From: Leptonemataceae bacterium
GTDB taxonomy: Bacteria > Spirochaetota > Leptospiria > Leptospirales > Leptonemataceae
Assembly: GCA_965227295.1 (NCBI GenBank)
Contig: OZ245742.1
Coordinates: forward strand, 5,376,001 to 5,440,000
Direction: 5' to 3'
DNA length: 64,000 nt
Position 1 is the first letter of the stretch; each line of letters begins with the position of its first letter. Shown here piece after piece: positions 18,466-29,100 of the stretch. The position numbers were made by a program, and so were the translations under genes. Under the pieces are notes generated by a model. The model had not been told where the DNA came from. It searched no databases and saw only the letters and a program-made list of their open reading frames with translations.

Positions 18466-19506
18466 ATGCCCCCGCCCGATCCAGCCCGTTTTCCCCTCAT
18501 TGCCGGGCTGGGGCTGAACACCGCCGACCGCCTCCTGCTGGAGTACTGGCTCTCCGGCCCGCCGGAAGTCCGCTTTCACGACGGCGACGTCCAGCCGGGC
18601 CTGCTCCAGCGCGGCCACCATGCCTTCCTCGCGGCCTCCGAGGCCGTTGTCCAGGATCTCATGCAGCTCTATCGGCCGCTGCTGCTGATCGCCCGCCCGC
18701 CCGGGGGAGACCCTCAGTACTTCGAGCGGCTCTTTGGGCTCGGCGTGGCCGCGGTCTGGACCCCGCCCCCGCCCGGGGATACAGTCTACTTCCCGGCCGT
18801 GAACGCGGCGGCGACACCGGAGCGCCGGCCCACGGCCTTCCTCATCGAAGACGATCCGGTCTTTCGTTCGGTGTTCCGGCAGATGCTCTACTTCGCGGGT
18901 TACGATGTGCGCGCGGACCAGCAATCCCTGGAGTACTTCGTGGAAAGCAGCGCGACTGCGAGCGGCGATGCGAAAAACGGTACCACGGCGGACGATATGC
19001 CCGCGCTGATTCTGGCGAACCTCGACACCGACCGCCTGGACATCCCGGAGTTTTTTTACCGACTACAGCGCGGCCTCAGCCGCAGCCCGACACGCAAACC
19101 GCGCATCCTGCTCATGAAAGATTTCGATCGGCCGGGCCTCGACGTGCGCACCATCGCGGCCGCCCTGCGCCCGCACGCCCGCCGCATCTTTCACCCGCGC
19201 GAAGCCGTTTTGGTGTTGATTGAAGCGCTGTTTCTATGCGGGCCCCCCGAAGCATCTGCGGCCACCGACGATCCGGCAAAGGGATTCAAGTCCGCGGCAA
19301 CGCTGTTCAGCCGACCGTTTCGCCCGCTTGACGAATTGCTGCACGGGCCGAACGTCTACCTGCGCGAGGAAGCACCGCCGGCCCCGGGCGACACCGACCG
19401 GGCTTACCGACGCGGCCTGCCGTTTTTCTGGTTGTATGATTTACTGCGCGCGGGAGCCGGCCGGGGCGCCGTACTCGCGGAACGCGACGGACCGGGCGCT
19501 CACTGA
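18466..19506 (+). CDS. Hypothetical protein with degenerate receiver-like domain
   Basis: FLIEDDPVFRSVFRQML..AGYDV...PALILANLD. Confidence 0.6.
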   Translation: MPPPDPARFPLIAGLGLNTADRLLLEYWLSGPPEVRFHDGDVQPGLLQRGHHAFLAASEAVVQDLMQLYRPLLLIARPPGGDPQYFERLFGLGVAAVWTPPPPGDTVYFPAVNAAATPERRPTAFLIEDDPVFRSVFRQMLYFAGYDVRADQQSLEYFVESSATASGDAKNGTTADDMPALILANLDTDRLDIPEFFYRLQRGLSRSPTRKPRILLMKDFDRPGLDVRTIAAALRPHARRIFHPREAVLVLIEALFLCGPPEASAATDDPAKGFKSAATLFSRPFRPLDELLHGPNVYLREEAPPAPGDTDRAYRRGLPFFWLYDLLRAGAGRGAVLAERDGPGAH

Positions 19507-19566
19507 CATCACTCCGCTAACTTACTATTGCAAACAGTCAGCCATCATAACACAAGGAGCACAAAC

Positions 19567-20367
19567 ATGAGCGACACCGAATCTTCCGAACTGATTAAAA
19601 CCGAGCGCCGCGGCAGCATTCTGCTGATCGGCTTCAATCGACCGAAAGAGCGCAATGCGTTCAACACAAACATGCTGCGACAGTTGAGCGACGCCTACAC
19701 GTTGCTGAACAACGATCCTGAGTTACGTTGCGGTGTCGTGTATGCCGAGGGTATGCAATTCACCCTGGGCCTGGACCTGCCGGACGTTACGGCGTCCCTG
19801 GAAAAACACGGCCAACTGCCGCTGCCCGACGGCAACATCGATCCCTGGGGCATTGTCGGTCCGCTACGCACCACGCCGGTGGTCGTGGCCGCTCACGGCC
19901 TCGTCATTACGCTGGGCATTGAGCTCATGCTCGCGGCGGACATTCGCATCTGCGCGGGGCGGACGAACTTCGGGCAAATCGAAGTGCAGCGCGGCATCAT
20001 GCCTTTCGGCGGCGCGACGACGCGTTTTCCGGCGACGGCAGGCTGGGGCAACGCCATGCGTTACATCTTAACCGGCGACGCCTTCGATGCAGCGGAGGCC
20101 TATCGCATCGGCCTGGTGCAGGAGGTCGTGGAAAAGAAGGCGGACCTGCTCGAGCGCGCCATGGAACTGGCGGAGGCCGTCGCCGCCCAGGCGCCGCTGG
20201 CCGTGCAGGCCTCGATTGAGATGGCACGCAAGGCGCAGCTCGAAGGTGAGGCCGCCGCGGCCCGGGCCCTGCTGCCGAAGACCCTGGAACTCATGGCTAC
20301 CGCGGACGCCGAAGAAGGCCGCCGCTCCTTCGTGGAGAAACGCCAGGCGGAGTTCAAGGGCCGTTGA
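19567..20367 (+). CDS. Crotonase/enoyl-CoA hydratase family
   Basis: FNRPKERNA, FTLGLDL, EVQRGI.PFGG, AEEGRRSFVEKR; AAGGAG RBS. Confidence 0.93.
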   Translation: MSDTESSELIKTERRGSILLIGFNRPKERNAFNTNMLRQLSDAYTLLNNDPELRCGVVYAEGMQFTLGLDLPDVTASLEKHGQLPLPDGNIDPWGIVGPLRTTPVVVAAHGLVITLGIELMLAADIRICAGRTNFGQIEVQRGIMPFGGATTRFPATAGWGNAMRYILTGDAFDAAEAYRIGLVQEVVEKKADLLERAMELAEAVAAQAPLAVQASIEMARKAQLEGEAAAARALLPKTLELMATADAEEGRRSFVEKRQAEFKGR

Positions 20368-20396
20368 ATCACACTAACTGTTAGCAAAATACTCTT

Positions 20397-21335
20397 ATGA
20401 ACGAAACCGAAATCATAGCACTCTTTCATCCGGGCGCCGACGTCCACAGCCTGAGCGACAGCGGACCGCTGCCCCCGCCCCACAGCAACATCCTGGTCAG
20501 CACCGACGCCATGATCGAAGGCACGCACTTTCGCCGGGACTGGTCTTCCCCCGAAGACGTGGCCGTGAAACTCTTTCACGTCAATCTTTCGGACATCGCC
20601 GCCGGCGGAGCCGATCCGGAGTGGTGCACGCTGAATGCCGGCGTCCCCGCCGAAGCCGGCGACGAATTCCTGCGGCGTTTCGCCCGGGCCTTCCGGGCGG
20701 AACTGGAACGTTACAGCTGCAAACTCGTGGGCGGCGATACCTTTCGCTCCCCGGTCTACATGTTCAGCGTTACCATGGGCGGCGGGTCCCAGCGTTTTCT
20801 CGGCCGCGACGGCGGCCGGGTCGGCGACCGGCTCTACGTTACGGGCAATCTCGGCCTGTCCGGCGCCGGCTACAAACATCTACTGAATGAACGTTTGCTG
20901 GAAGCCGGTACCGGGCGCGAGGCCGCCCTGGAGAAACATCGCCGTCCCCGGGCGCGCTACGACTGGGCGAAGATCTTGCGCAGCACGTCGGCGGTACACG
21001 CCCTCATGGACGTGAGTGACGGCCTGCTGGCCGACGCGCGGCGCCTGGCCGCGGCGAGCGGGGTGACGATTGAAATCGAGGTGGACCGCATTCCCGTTCC
21101 GCGGAACCTGGTAGAGATCGAACGCTACCCGGACGCGCTGTTGAGCGGCGAAGAGCTGGAGCTGTTGTTCCTCGGCGAGGACGATCTGCGCTTCGAGTTT
21201 CCGTGCACGGACATCGGCTGTGCCGTGGCACCGGCGGAGTCCGGCGACAACGACGGCCGGCGCGGCAGGGTTCGCCTGCGCGACGGAGACGGCCGCGCGC
21301 TGGAGCTCCCCGGCGGCGAGTTCGAGCACTTTTGA
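20397..21335 (+). CDS. thiL: Thiamine-phosphate kinase
   Basis: TDAMIEGTHF, NLSDIAAGGA, VGGDT, DVSDGL, GEELEL. Confidence 0.9.
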   Translation: MNETEIIALFHPGADVHSLSDSGPLPPPHSNILVSTDAMIEGTHFRRDWSSPEDVAVKLFHVNLSDIAAGGADPEWCTLNAGVPAEAGDEFLRRFARAFRAELERYSCKLVGGDTFRSPVYMFSVTMGGGSQRFLGRDGGRVGDRLYVTGNLGLSGAGYKHLLNERLLEAGTGREAALEKHRRPRARYDWAKILRSTSAVHALMDVSDGLLADARRLAAASGVTIEIEVDRIPVPRNLVEIERYPDALLSGEELELLFLGEDDLRFEFPCTDIGCAVAPAESGDNDGRRGRVRLRDGDGRALELPGGEFEHF

Positions 21336-21365
21336 TTTGAAACCTCACCGTTTTTGGAACCTGGA

Positions 21366-23258
21366 ATGCCCCAAAAAACCGCAACCCGAATCATCATGCT
21401 AACTTTTGTTTGTATGATGTTAACCGAATCCGCCGGAGCCGCGCCGCAGAACGCCCCGGCCCTCAACGCAGAGCAGCTCCGCGTATTCTTCGAAGCGGAA
21501 GTTCCCCGGCTCATGCAGGAGCGCAATCTCGCCGGACTTACGATCGCCGCGGGACTCGGCGGGGAGGTGTCCTACACGGGCGGCTTCGGCTATGCGAACA
21601 TCGCCGACGAGATTCCGGTGGACCCGGAACGAACGCTGTTTCGCGCGGGCTCGGTTTCGAAGCTGTTCGTCTGGCGCAGCGTCATGCGGTTGGTGGAAGC
21701 CGGCGAACTCGACCTCGATGAGGACGTAAACGTCTATCTTGCCCGGGGCGGCGAGTTCCGCATTCCGGATACGTTCCCCGAGCCGATCACCCTGCGTCAC
21801 CTCATGCATCACACGGCGGGATTTGAAGATCGCCTGATCGGCCTGTTTACGAAAGACCCGGAACGTACCGTAGACCTGAAGACCGCCGCCACCGAAAACG
21901 TGCCGCTGCGCGTGCGACCGCCGGGCGGGCCGCCGGCATACTCAAATTACGGTTCGACCCTGGCCGCGTACATCGTGCAGGTCGTGAGCGAGGAACCGTT
22001 CGCCGCCTATGTCGATCGCACGATCTTTACGCCGCTGCGCATGGAACGCTCCACGTTCGCGCAGCCCGGCAACGATCCCCGCGGCGCATTTGCCGAACTC
22101 AAACAGAATCTGGCCGAAGGTTACGTACCCCTGGGGGACGGCGACTTTCAGGCCGAGGAGTTTGAGATCGTTCAGGACGCGCCGGCGGGTGCCCTGTCCA
22201 CCACGGCGACGGATCTGCTAATATTTCTTCAAAACAGCTTAAGCAGCGGTGAAACGGAAGGCTGGCTGAACCTCGGCCGAAACGGCGAACGGATCCTCGG
22301 CCACGCGGGCAATACGATCTACTTCAACAGCCAGGCACTGATCCTGCCCGAGCGGGGTCTCGCCGTCTTCTTCTCGAACAACACGGCCGGCGGCGGCCTC
22401 GCAAACATGGAGCTGACCGATCGTTTCTTGAATCACTTCTTTCCCGCCCCGGACGGCCGCGCCGTTTTCCGGAGCAAAGGTCTGAACATCAGCCAGGCCG
22501 GGCTGGAACAGTACTACGGCCACTACTCGGCAAACCGTCGACCCGAGGACGAGATCACAAAGATCGTCTCGCTCTTCACCTCGACGTATGTGCGCGCGCC
22601 TTCGGAGGCGACCGCGGGTGAAACCCCCGACGGTGCTCCCCGCGGTGATGATGCGGACGCCGCCCTGCCCGGCATCGAAATCTTCGACATCTTTCACGGT
22701 GAGTACGTCTTCGCCGTACCGGTGGGCGACGGCGTCTTTCAGGAGGCGCGGGGCCAGCGACGCTACCGCTTTCTCCCGAACTCCGGCGGCATCATCTTCG
22801 AAGAACTGCCGGTGTTCACGCTGGTTCCGCCGCCGTGGTACGAATTCCCGCCGCTGCACTACTCGATTCTTTTTTCGATGGTGAGCGTGATTCTCACCGC
22901 ACTGATCTTTCGGCCCACGGGTCTGCTGACGCTCCTGCCCCGCGGGAGATTTCAGCATACTCCGGACAACGACGCCCGCATCGCCGCGCGCCTGGCCCTG
23001 GGGACGATCCTCGGTTACGTCGCGTTCCTGCTGGTCGGAGCCTTAACTGCCGGTGATTTTATCTTTGTGCAGCCGGCCGCATGGCCGTTCGCGATTCCGT
23101 TCATCGCCCTGATTCTAAATCTCGGGGCCCTGGCGTACCTGTTTCCGGTGTGGTCGCGCTCGTTCTGGACGGCGGCGTCCCGCGTGCACTATACGATCCT
23201 GGTTCTCGTGCCGCTGCCGTTCTTCTGGTTTCTGTACTTCTGGAATTTGACTTTGTAA
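21366..23258 (+). CDS. Serine hydrolase (beta-lactamase/AmpC-like) with C-terminal TM helices
   Basis: SxxK (GSVSK), LMHHTAG, YSN, GHAG; signal peptide. Confidence 0.9.
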   Translation: MPQKTATRIIMLTFVCMMLTESAGAAPQNAPALNAEQLRVFFEAEVPRLMQERNLAGLTIAAGLGGEVSYTGGFGYANIADEIPVDPERTLFRAGSVSKLFVWRSVMRLVEAGELDLDEDVNVYLARGGEFRIPDTFPEPITLRHLMHHTAGFEDRLIGLFTKDPERTVDLKTAATENVPLRVRPPGGPPAYSNYGSTLAAYIVQVVSEEPFAAYVDRTIFTPLRMERSTFAQPGNDPRGAFAELKQNLAEGYVPLGDGDFQAEEFEIVQDAPAGALSTTATDLLIFLQNSLSSGETEGWLNLGRNGERILGHAGNTIYFNSQALILPERGLAVFFSNNTAGGGLANMELTDRFLNHFFPAPDGRAVFRSKGLNISQAGLEQYYGHYSANRRPEDEITKIVSLFTSTYVRAPSEATAGETPDGAPRGDDADAALPGIEIFDIFHGEYVFAVPVGDGVFQEARGQRRYRFLPNSGGIIFEELPVFTLVPPPWYEFPPLHYSILFSMVSVILTALIFRPTGLLTLLPRGRFQHTPDNDARIAARLALGTILGYVAFLLVGALTAGDFIFVQPAAWPFAIPFIALILNLGALAYLFPVWSRSFWTAASRVHYTILVLVPLPFFWFLYFWNLTL

Positions 23259-23923
23259 TGATGGCCATCCTGCGCGCGAAGATTCTGCGCTCCGTGCTGG
23301 CGCCGCTGTGTTTCGCCGTGCTGTGCAATCAGTGCGTGAGCCGCACGGAAGATCCGCTCACGGAGCTGTTCCCGGCGGTGATCATGGCGCAGGTCCAGCA
23401 GGTCTTGATCATCGGGGACTCGCTCACGGATTTCTCGGACGGTTTTTATCTACAACAATCCCTGGGGCCCGGCTATATCGTGCAGCATACCGGGATCATC
23501 AATACGGACTTTAACTACTGGACGGGGCGCCTGGACGAGGCCCTGTCCCGTGCCACGTTTGCGCCGCCGGCCCATGTGATCGTACCGCTGGGTACCAACG
23601 ACGCCTTTGTCCTGGGACCGGAGGCCTTCGTGGACCGCGTACAGGTATTTCACCGCGAACTGCGGTTGCGTTCGTCGGCGCGGGTGTACTACTTTCTGAT
23701 GCCGGTGACGTTAATCCCATCTCTGGAACCGTCGCTGCGTGAAAACAACGCGGCCCTGTCCGCCCATGTACCGGGTGACAACACGGTCCTGGTCGATCTT
23801 ATGAGTGAGTTTGATGGGGCACCGGCGGTCCCGGCCCTCTACGATGCGGCCGACCCGCTGCATCCTACGGAAACCGGCTATCGCCTGATCGGGGCCCGCA
23901 TGCGCAACGCCCTGCTGCGATAA
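23258..23923 (+). CDS. SGNH/GDSL hydrolase
   Basis: IGDSLT, LGTND, DPLHP. Confidence 0.88.
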   Translation: MMAILRAKILRSVLAPLCFAVLCNQCVSRTEDPLTELFPAVIMAQVQQVLIIGDSLTDFSDGFYLQQSLGPGYIVQHTGIINTDFNYWTGRLDEALSRATFAPPAHVIVPLGTNDAFVLGPEAFVDRVQVFHRELRLRSSARVYYFLMPVTLIPSLEPSLRENNAALSAHVPGDNTVLVDLMSEFDGAPAVPALYDAADPLHPTETGYRLIGARMRNALLR

Positions 23924-24000
23924 AAGCCGGGCGCAGTGGTACAGGTTCGGCTTTTGGGAATTTCATTGCAATTTCCGGGTTTCGTCGCCACCATGGAGCC

Positions 24001-24516
24001 GTGAGTTCCTCGCAACAACCCGCGGTCGACATCCACAAGCAGTTGGCGAATTTTTCTAACTACTTAAAGAAAAAAGGGCTGAAAATCACCAGTCAACGCC
24101 TCCTGGTTGCCGAGAAAATCTTCGGCATGGATTCCCACTTCACCGTGGATTCCCTGGCGGAGTCGCTCAAGGACCGGCGCAACGAAATCTCGCGCGCCAC
24201 CATCTACCGCATCGTTTCCGTCATGGTCGAAGCGGATCTGCTCACGGAACACAATTTCGGGCAAAACGCTCGCTACTACGAACACATCCCCGGACAGCAG
24301 CACCACGACCACATCCTGTGCCTGGACTGCGGACGCATCGACGAATTCGTGAACCCGGAAATCGAACAACTTCAGGTTAAGATGGCCGGCGAATTCGGGC
24401 ACACCCTGGCCGATCACTCGCTGAACCTGTACGGTCGCTGTAAGGCGTGGGCCGCGAACGGAGAATGCGAGCGGCGCAACACCACGGAGATCGTCGACGA
24501 ACTTGCGGATTCATGA
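24001..24516 (+). CDS. Fur family transcriptional regulator
   Basis: GLKITSQR, SRATIYR, HHDHILCLDCG, YGRC. Confidence 0.95.
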   Translation: MSSSQQPAVDIHKQLANFSNYLKKKGLKITSQRLLVAEKIFGMDSHFTVDSLAESLKDRRNEISRATIYRIVSVMVEADLLTEHNFGQNARYYEHIPGQQHHDHILCLDCGRIDEFVNPEIEQLQVKMAGEFGHTLADHSLNLYGRCKAWAANGECERRNTTEIVDELADS

Positions 24517-26189
24517 GTGACACCGGTTCCACGGGCGCGCCCGCGACTCTCGGTGCCGCCTTTCTCGATCAACTCCAACAGGCCCCGCGGCATACGGCCA
24601 TCCACGATCCCGGCGGATCTATGAATCGAATCATGCTTGGTGCCGTGGCACTGGGCGTCCGCGATCTTCTGGAACGGGAAGTGTTCGCGCCGCGAGTCGG
24701 TGTGATGTTGCCGCCGGGCCGGGGCGGAGCGGTGGTGAACCTGGCGCTCGCCCTCGCCGGCCGCACGTCGGTGAACCTGAATCACACGGCCGGCGAGGCG
24801 CAATTGCGGCGGATGACGGAGATCGCCGGGCTCACGACGATCATCACGGCGCAAAAGTACCTGGATAAAATCAACATCGCTCCGGAAGACCTTCCCGGTC
24901 GCGTGCTGCTGGCGGACGTGGATCTCTTGCCGCACCTATCGAAGCTACAAACGCTCGGGCGTATGGCGCGGCTGCGTATGACCGGCGCACGCGGTCTGCA
25001 ACGCCTGGATCATGCCGCGGCAGATGCTGTGGCCACGGTTTTGTTTTCGTCGGGCACCACCGGCGATCCGAAGGGCATTCAGCTTACTCACGCTCAGATC
25101 CTGGCGAACATCCGCTCGGTGCACGCCGCCCTGGACCTGCACGACGGGCATGTCCTGCTTTCGGCCCTGCCGCTCTTTCACAGCTTCGGCCTGGTGCCGG
25201 GAATGTGGCTGCCGCTAACAACCGGGGTGACCCTGGCGGGCTTTCCAAACCCGCGCGATCCGGCCGGCTTCGGTAAACTTGCCGAACAAACATCTTCCAC
25301 GTGCATGTTAAGCACGCCCACGTTTTGCCGTCAGTATCTCAAAAAGATTCCGGCGCATCGTTTCGCGACGCTGCAGTTCGCCGTGGTGGGCGCCGAAAAA
25401 TGTCCGGCGGAACTCAAATCATCTTTCTACGAACACTTCCGCGCCCATCTTCTGGAAGGCTATGGATGCACCGAGCTTGCCCCGGTCGTGTCAACGAATC
25501 TCCTGGATTCGCATGTGCGCGGTCGCCATGCAAGCGGCGCCCGCGACGGCTCCGTGGGCCGCGCGTTGCCGAACATCGAGGTGCTGATCGTGGATCCGGA
25601 AACTCTGGAGGATGTTCCGCGCGGCGAAGAAGGGCTGATCATTGTGCGGAGCCCGGCCCGGATGCTCGGTTATCTCGGGCGGGAGGATCTGACGGCGAAA
25701 GCCTTTGTACGGGGCGGCTACAATACCGGCGACATCGGCCGTATGGATGAAGACAGCTTTCTGTTCATTACCGGCCGGCTCGCGCGTTTCGCCAAGATCG
25801 GCGGCGAAATGATCCCGCTGGATACGATCGAAGATCATATGCAATCCTGGCTGGAACGCAAGTTTGCCGCGCGCAGCACGGCTGCCGGCGACGGCGGGTT
25901 GGCTGCCGGCGATAACTCGACGGCCGACGAATCACCGGCGTGGGAAGTGGCAATTACTGCCGTACCGGATTCATCGAAAGGGGAACGCCTGATCGTGTTG
26001 CACACCGGCCTGCCGTGTTCCGAGGCGGAGGCTTTACAGGCCCTCGCCGACTTTCCACCACTCTTCCGGCCGCGGGCGCGAGACTTCTTTCGCGTGGACG
26101 AGATTCCGGTACTGGGCACGGGCAAGCGGAATCTCAAGGCCGTGAAAGAACTCGCCGTTCAAATTGCAGCGGAACCGGCGAGGAACTAG
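24513..26189 (+). CDS. AMP-binding enzyme (Aas-type acyl-ACP synthetase domain, stand-alone)
   Basis: FSSGTTGDPKG, LPLFHSFG, EGYGCTE, TGD, RFAKIGGEM, PVLGTGK. Confidence 0.9.
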   Translation: MSDTGSTGAPATLGAAFLDQLQQAPRHTAIHDPGGSMNRIMLGAVALGVRDLLEREVFAPRVGVMLPPGRGGAVVNLALALAGRTSVNLNHTAGEAQLRRMTEIAGLTTIITAQKYLDKINIAPEDLPGRVLLADVDLLPHLSKLQTLGRMARLRMTGARGLQRLDHAAADAVATVLFSSGTTGDPKGIQLTHAQILANIRSVHAALDLHDGHVLLSALPLFHSFGLVPGMWLPLTTGVTLAGFPNPRDPAGFGKLAEQTSSTCMLSTPTFCRQYLKKIPAHRFATLQFAVVGAEKCPAELKSSFYEHFRAHLLEGYGCTELAPVVSTNLLDSHVRGRHASGARDGSVGRALPNIEVLIVDPETLEDVPRGEEGLIIVRSPARMLGYLGREDLTAKAFVRGGYNTGDIGRMDEDSFLFITGRLARFAKIGGEMIPLDTIEDHMQSWLERKFAARSTAAGDGGLAAGDNSTADESPAWEVAITAVPDSSKGERLIVLHTGLPCSEAEALQALADFPPLFRPRARDFFRVDEIPVLGTGKRNLKAVKELAVQIAAEPARN

Positions 26190-26809
26190 TCGAACCCGTT
26201 GAATTTCTCCGGATATAGTATGTACTTGAGGCGAATGTTGCCGGGCAGTTGTTTTTCCGGCCGCGCTCGGAGACCAAGGTGCTTTTCGTACCGGTTCTGG
26301 TCTATGTACACGCGACTGCGGTATTCCAAATAGCCCGGGTTTGTGAAATCATAGTAGTGGAGTCCTTTTGTAGGAACTCCTACAAAAGCAGACTCATCCC
26401 CTGGATCCAGGTCTTTCTCTACCAGCCACACGAACAGGTGCGCACGCGACACCCCAACATAGCTCGCCCAAAGACCAAGCTCCATCCAGAACTCATTGTC
26501 CACCCGGACACAATAGCGGCGAAGTTCCTGACCGGGCTTCTGATAGCGAGTCTTCAGAGATCCCGACTGCATGATCTCACCTTCCAGGCACGCCCGGCGA
26601 AAATCACGCAAAAGCACGAAGAGATACACACCCTGACGACGGCGAAACGATAACAGCCGCTCTCGAAACTGCGCATCAATGCGACGCGGAATCAACAGCG
26701 TAACCGGGGTCGCGGCCGGATGAGTTCCCATCCCGCGCACAAAATCGCGTTCCGGCTCATATCGCGTCGGAGGGAAAACGACGGAGCGTTTGTGAATCAG
26801 ATGGTCCAT
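26186..26809 (-). CDS. DUF1564-like protein (Leptospira-type)
   Basis: KTRYQKPGQEL...WMELGLWA..GVSRAHLFVWLVEKD pattern. Confidence 0.75.
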   Translation of the reverse strand: MDHLIHKRSVVFPPTRYEPERDFVRGMGTHPAATPVTLLIPRRIDAQFRERLLSFRRRQGVYLFVLLRDFRRACLEGEIMQSGSLKTRYQKPGQELRRYCVRVDNEFWMELGLWASYVGVSRAHLFVWLVEKDLDPGDESAFVGVPTKGLHYYDFTNPGYLEYRSRVYIDQNRYEKHLGLRARPEKQLPGNIRLKYILYPEKFNGFD

Positions 26810-26970
26810 GTGATTTCTCCCTGGCCGCAAAGAGGCCGCAACACGTAACAGTCCAAAAACGCGAATCGTTCCGCGCTTTTTTGCACGACCCCCGGAATTT
26901 CGAAAAAAAATCGCGCGGGGCGCCGGGCGATAAGAAGATGCCCGCAACCACTAAGGCGTAAGAGTATACG

Positions 26971-29100
26971 ATGGCGAAGAAGACGGCCGCGCAGGCAAAA
27001 TCAAAGAAGAAAGCGGCATCCGCAAAAAACAAAAAAAAAGCCGGAACCGCAAATCCCCCTCGTCGAAAAACGGCCGCCGGTACGAAGCCCGGCGACCGCA
27101 CGGCCGTAGAGAAGCGCATGCGCAAGCTGGCCGACGAGATTCGCAAACATCAGTATCTCTACTACGTCAAAAACAAACCCGAAATCCCCGACCGCGACTT
27201 CGATCACATCCTGGTAGAACTGCAACAACTGGAAGCCGATCATCCCGACCTGGCCGACCCGGACTCTCCCAGTCGCATCGTCGGCTCGGACCTGGACAGT
27301 GAATTCCCGAAATTCACGCACACCATACCCGTACTGTCCCTCAGTAATACCTACTCCACCGAAGAGGCCCTGGAGTGGGCCGAAAAAATCGCCGACGCCC
27401 ACACGAGCGATATCGGCGTCCAGTGGAAGGTCGACGGCGCAAGCCTCGTCGTGTACTACGAGGACGGACGTCTGGTGCGCGCCGTTACCCGCGGCACCGG
27501 GCAGGTGGGCGACGAGGTCACGAACAACGCCCTGACCATTCGTAACATTCCGCACCAGTTGCGCGAAAAGGTCACCGTGGCCGTCCGCGGTGAGGTCTAC
27601 ATGACCTTTGCGGACTTCGAAGAGTTCAACGAGGCCCTGGGCTGGATCTACGCCAACCCGCGGAATCTCGCAGCGGGTACGCTCAAACATAAAAAGTCCA
27701 GTGAAGTTGCAAAGCGCCCGCTCCGCTGGATGCCCTTCGACGGCCATCTGCCCGCGACGGTCATGAAAAACAGAAAGATCCGCCGGGACCGCGACATCTT
27801 GAAGTATCTGGAAAAACTCGGCCTCCCCGTATCCGCCGACAACAAGTTCGTAAAGCCCTCACAACTTCGTAAAACCATCACGGAATTCGCCGCGCAGAAA
27901 GACGGCGTGCCGATGCCCGTCGACGGCCTCGTTCTGAAAGTGGATGATCTGGAAGTTCGCGAACGACTCGGCTTTACTGCAAACAACCCGCGCTGGGCCA
28001 CATCCCTGAAATTCGAACCGGAGATCGGCGAGACAGCTGTTCGGGAAATCCAGGTGCAGACCGGTCGCACCGGCCGCGTCACACCGCGGGCAAAGCTCGA
28101 TCCGTTGAAACTCGCCGGTACCACCGTAACCTACGCGACCCTGCATAACGCGGACTACGTCGAGAAACTCGGCGTGCGCATCGGCTCGCGCGTGAAAGTC
28201 AGCAAGCGCGGCGAGATCATCCCCGCGGTGGAAGAAGTCGTCGATCCCGGCGACGGTCCCGCTTACAAGTTTCCGACGAAATGCCCCACATGCTCCACGA
28301 AACTCAACCGCGATGAAGACGCCGTCGACTGGATGTGCCCGAACCCTGAATGCGACGCAAAGATGCTAAATCGCCTCATCTTCTTCGCCGGACGCAAGCA
28401 GATGGACATCGCCGGACTCGGCGAAAAGGTCGTAACGATTCTATACGAAAAGGGATTCATCCGCCGCATCCCTGACATCTATCAGTTGCACAAGCAGCGC
28501 GAACAGTTAGAAGAACTGGAAGGCTTCGGCAAAAAGTCCGTGCAGGTTCTCCTCGACGGCATCGAAGCATCGAAGCAACGCGAGTTTCGGTACGTACTGC
28601 CGGCCCTGGGGCTGCGCGAAGTGGGCACTCACGTAACGGGCATTCTGCTCACCGAGGGCTACGACTCCGTCGAGAAGATCATCAAACTCGCGAAGTCGAA
28701 AGACGGCGAGGAGATACTGAAGAACATGGACGGCATCGGCCCGCGCATCGTAGAAGCCGTCACCGAACAGTTCCGGGACAAGCAGGTCCAGCAGCTCATT
28801 AAGGATCTCAAGAAAGCCGGGTTGACCCTGGCCGCGCCCGAACGCGCGGCCGGCACCGATCTCCCACAAATATTCGAAGGCCAGTCCTGGTGCGTCACCG
28901 GCAGCTTCACGAACTTCCGCCCGCGCGATCTCGCCATGGAAGAAGTACGCAATCGCGGCGGCCGCATCGTCACCGGCGTGAGCTCGAAAACCAGTCACCT
29001 GCTCGCGGGCGAAGGCGCGGGCAGCAAACTCGAAAAAGCCGAGAAGCTCGGCGTCACCGTGGTCAGCGAGGACGAATTTCTTAAGATGCTTTCAGAGTAA
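26971..29100 (+). CDS. ligA: NAD-dependent DNA ligase
   Basis: KVDG, TRG.G..G, RGEV, ANPRN.AAG, DGLVLK, Zn finger CPTC...CPNPEC, HhH repeats, BRCT. Confidence 0.98.
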   Translation: MAKKTAAQAKSKKKAASAKNKKKAGTANPPRRKTAAGTKPGDRTAVEKRMRKLADEIRKHQYLYYVKNKPEIPDRDFDHILVELQQLEADHPDLADPDSPSRIVGSDLDSEFPKFTHTIPVLSLSNTYSTEEALEWAEKIADAHTSDIGVQWKVDGASLVVYYEDGRLVRAVTRGTGQVGDEVTNNALTIRNIPHQLREKVTVAVRGEVYMTFADFEEFNEALGWIYANPRNLAAGTLKHKKSSEVAKRPLRWMPFDGHLPATVMKNRKIRRDRDILKYLEKLGLPVSADNKFVKPSQLRKTITEFAAQKDGVPMPVDGLVLKVDDLEVRERLGFTANNPRWATSLKFEPEIGETAVREIQVQTGRTGRVTPRAKLDPLKLAGTTVTYATLHNADYVEKLGVRIGSRVKVSKRGEIIPAVEEVVDPGDGPAYKFPTKCPTCSTKLNRDEDAVDWMCPNPECDAKMLNRLIFFAGRKQMDIAGLGEKVVTILYEKGFIRRIPDIYQLHKQREQLEELEGFGKKSVQVLLDGIEASKQREFRYVLPALGLREVGTHVTGILLTEGYDSVEKIIKLAKSKDGEEILKNMDGIGPRIVEAVTEQFRDKQVQQLIKDLKKAGLTLAAPERAAGTDLPQIFEGQSWCVTGSFTNFRPRDLAMEEVRNRGGRIVTGVSSKTSHLLAGEGAGSKLEKAEKLGVTVVSEDEFLKMLSE

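Noticed and set aside
21366..23258. Antibiotic-resistance beta-lactamase
   Set aside because: Membrane-anchored SxxK serine hydrolase of a widespread family; no evidence for beta-lactamase activity
25880..25912. Short direct repeat GGCTGCCGGCGA inside the AMP-binding gene
   Set aside because: A small in-frame loop duplication (AAGD x2) with no further structure
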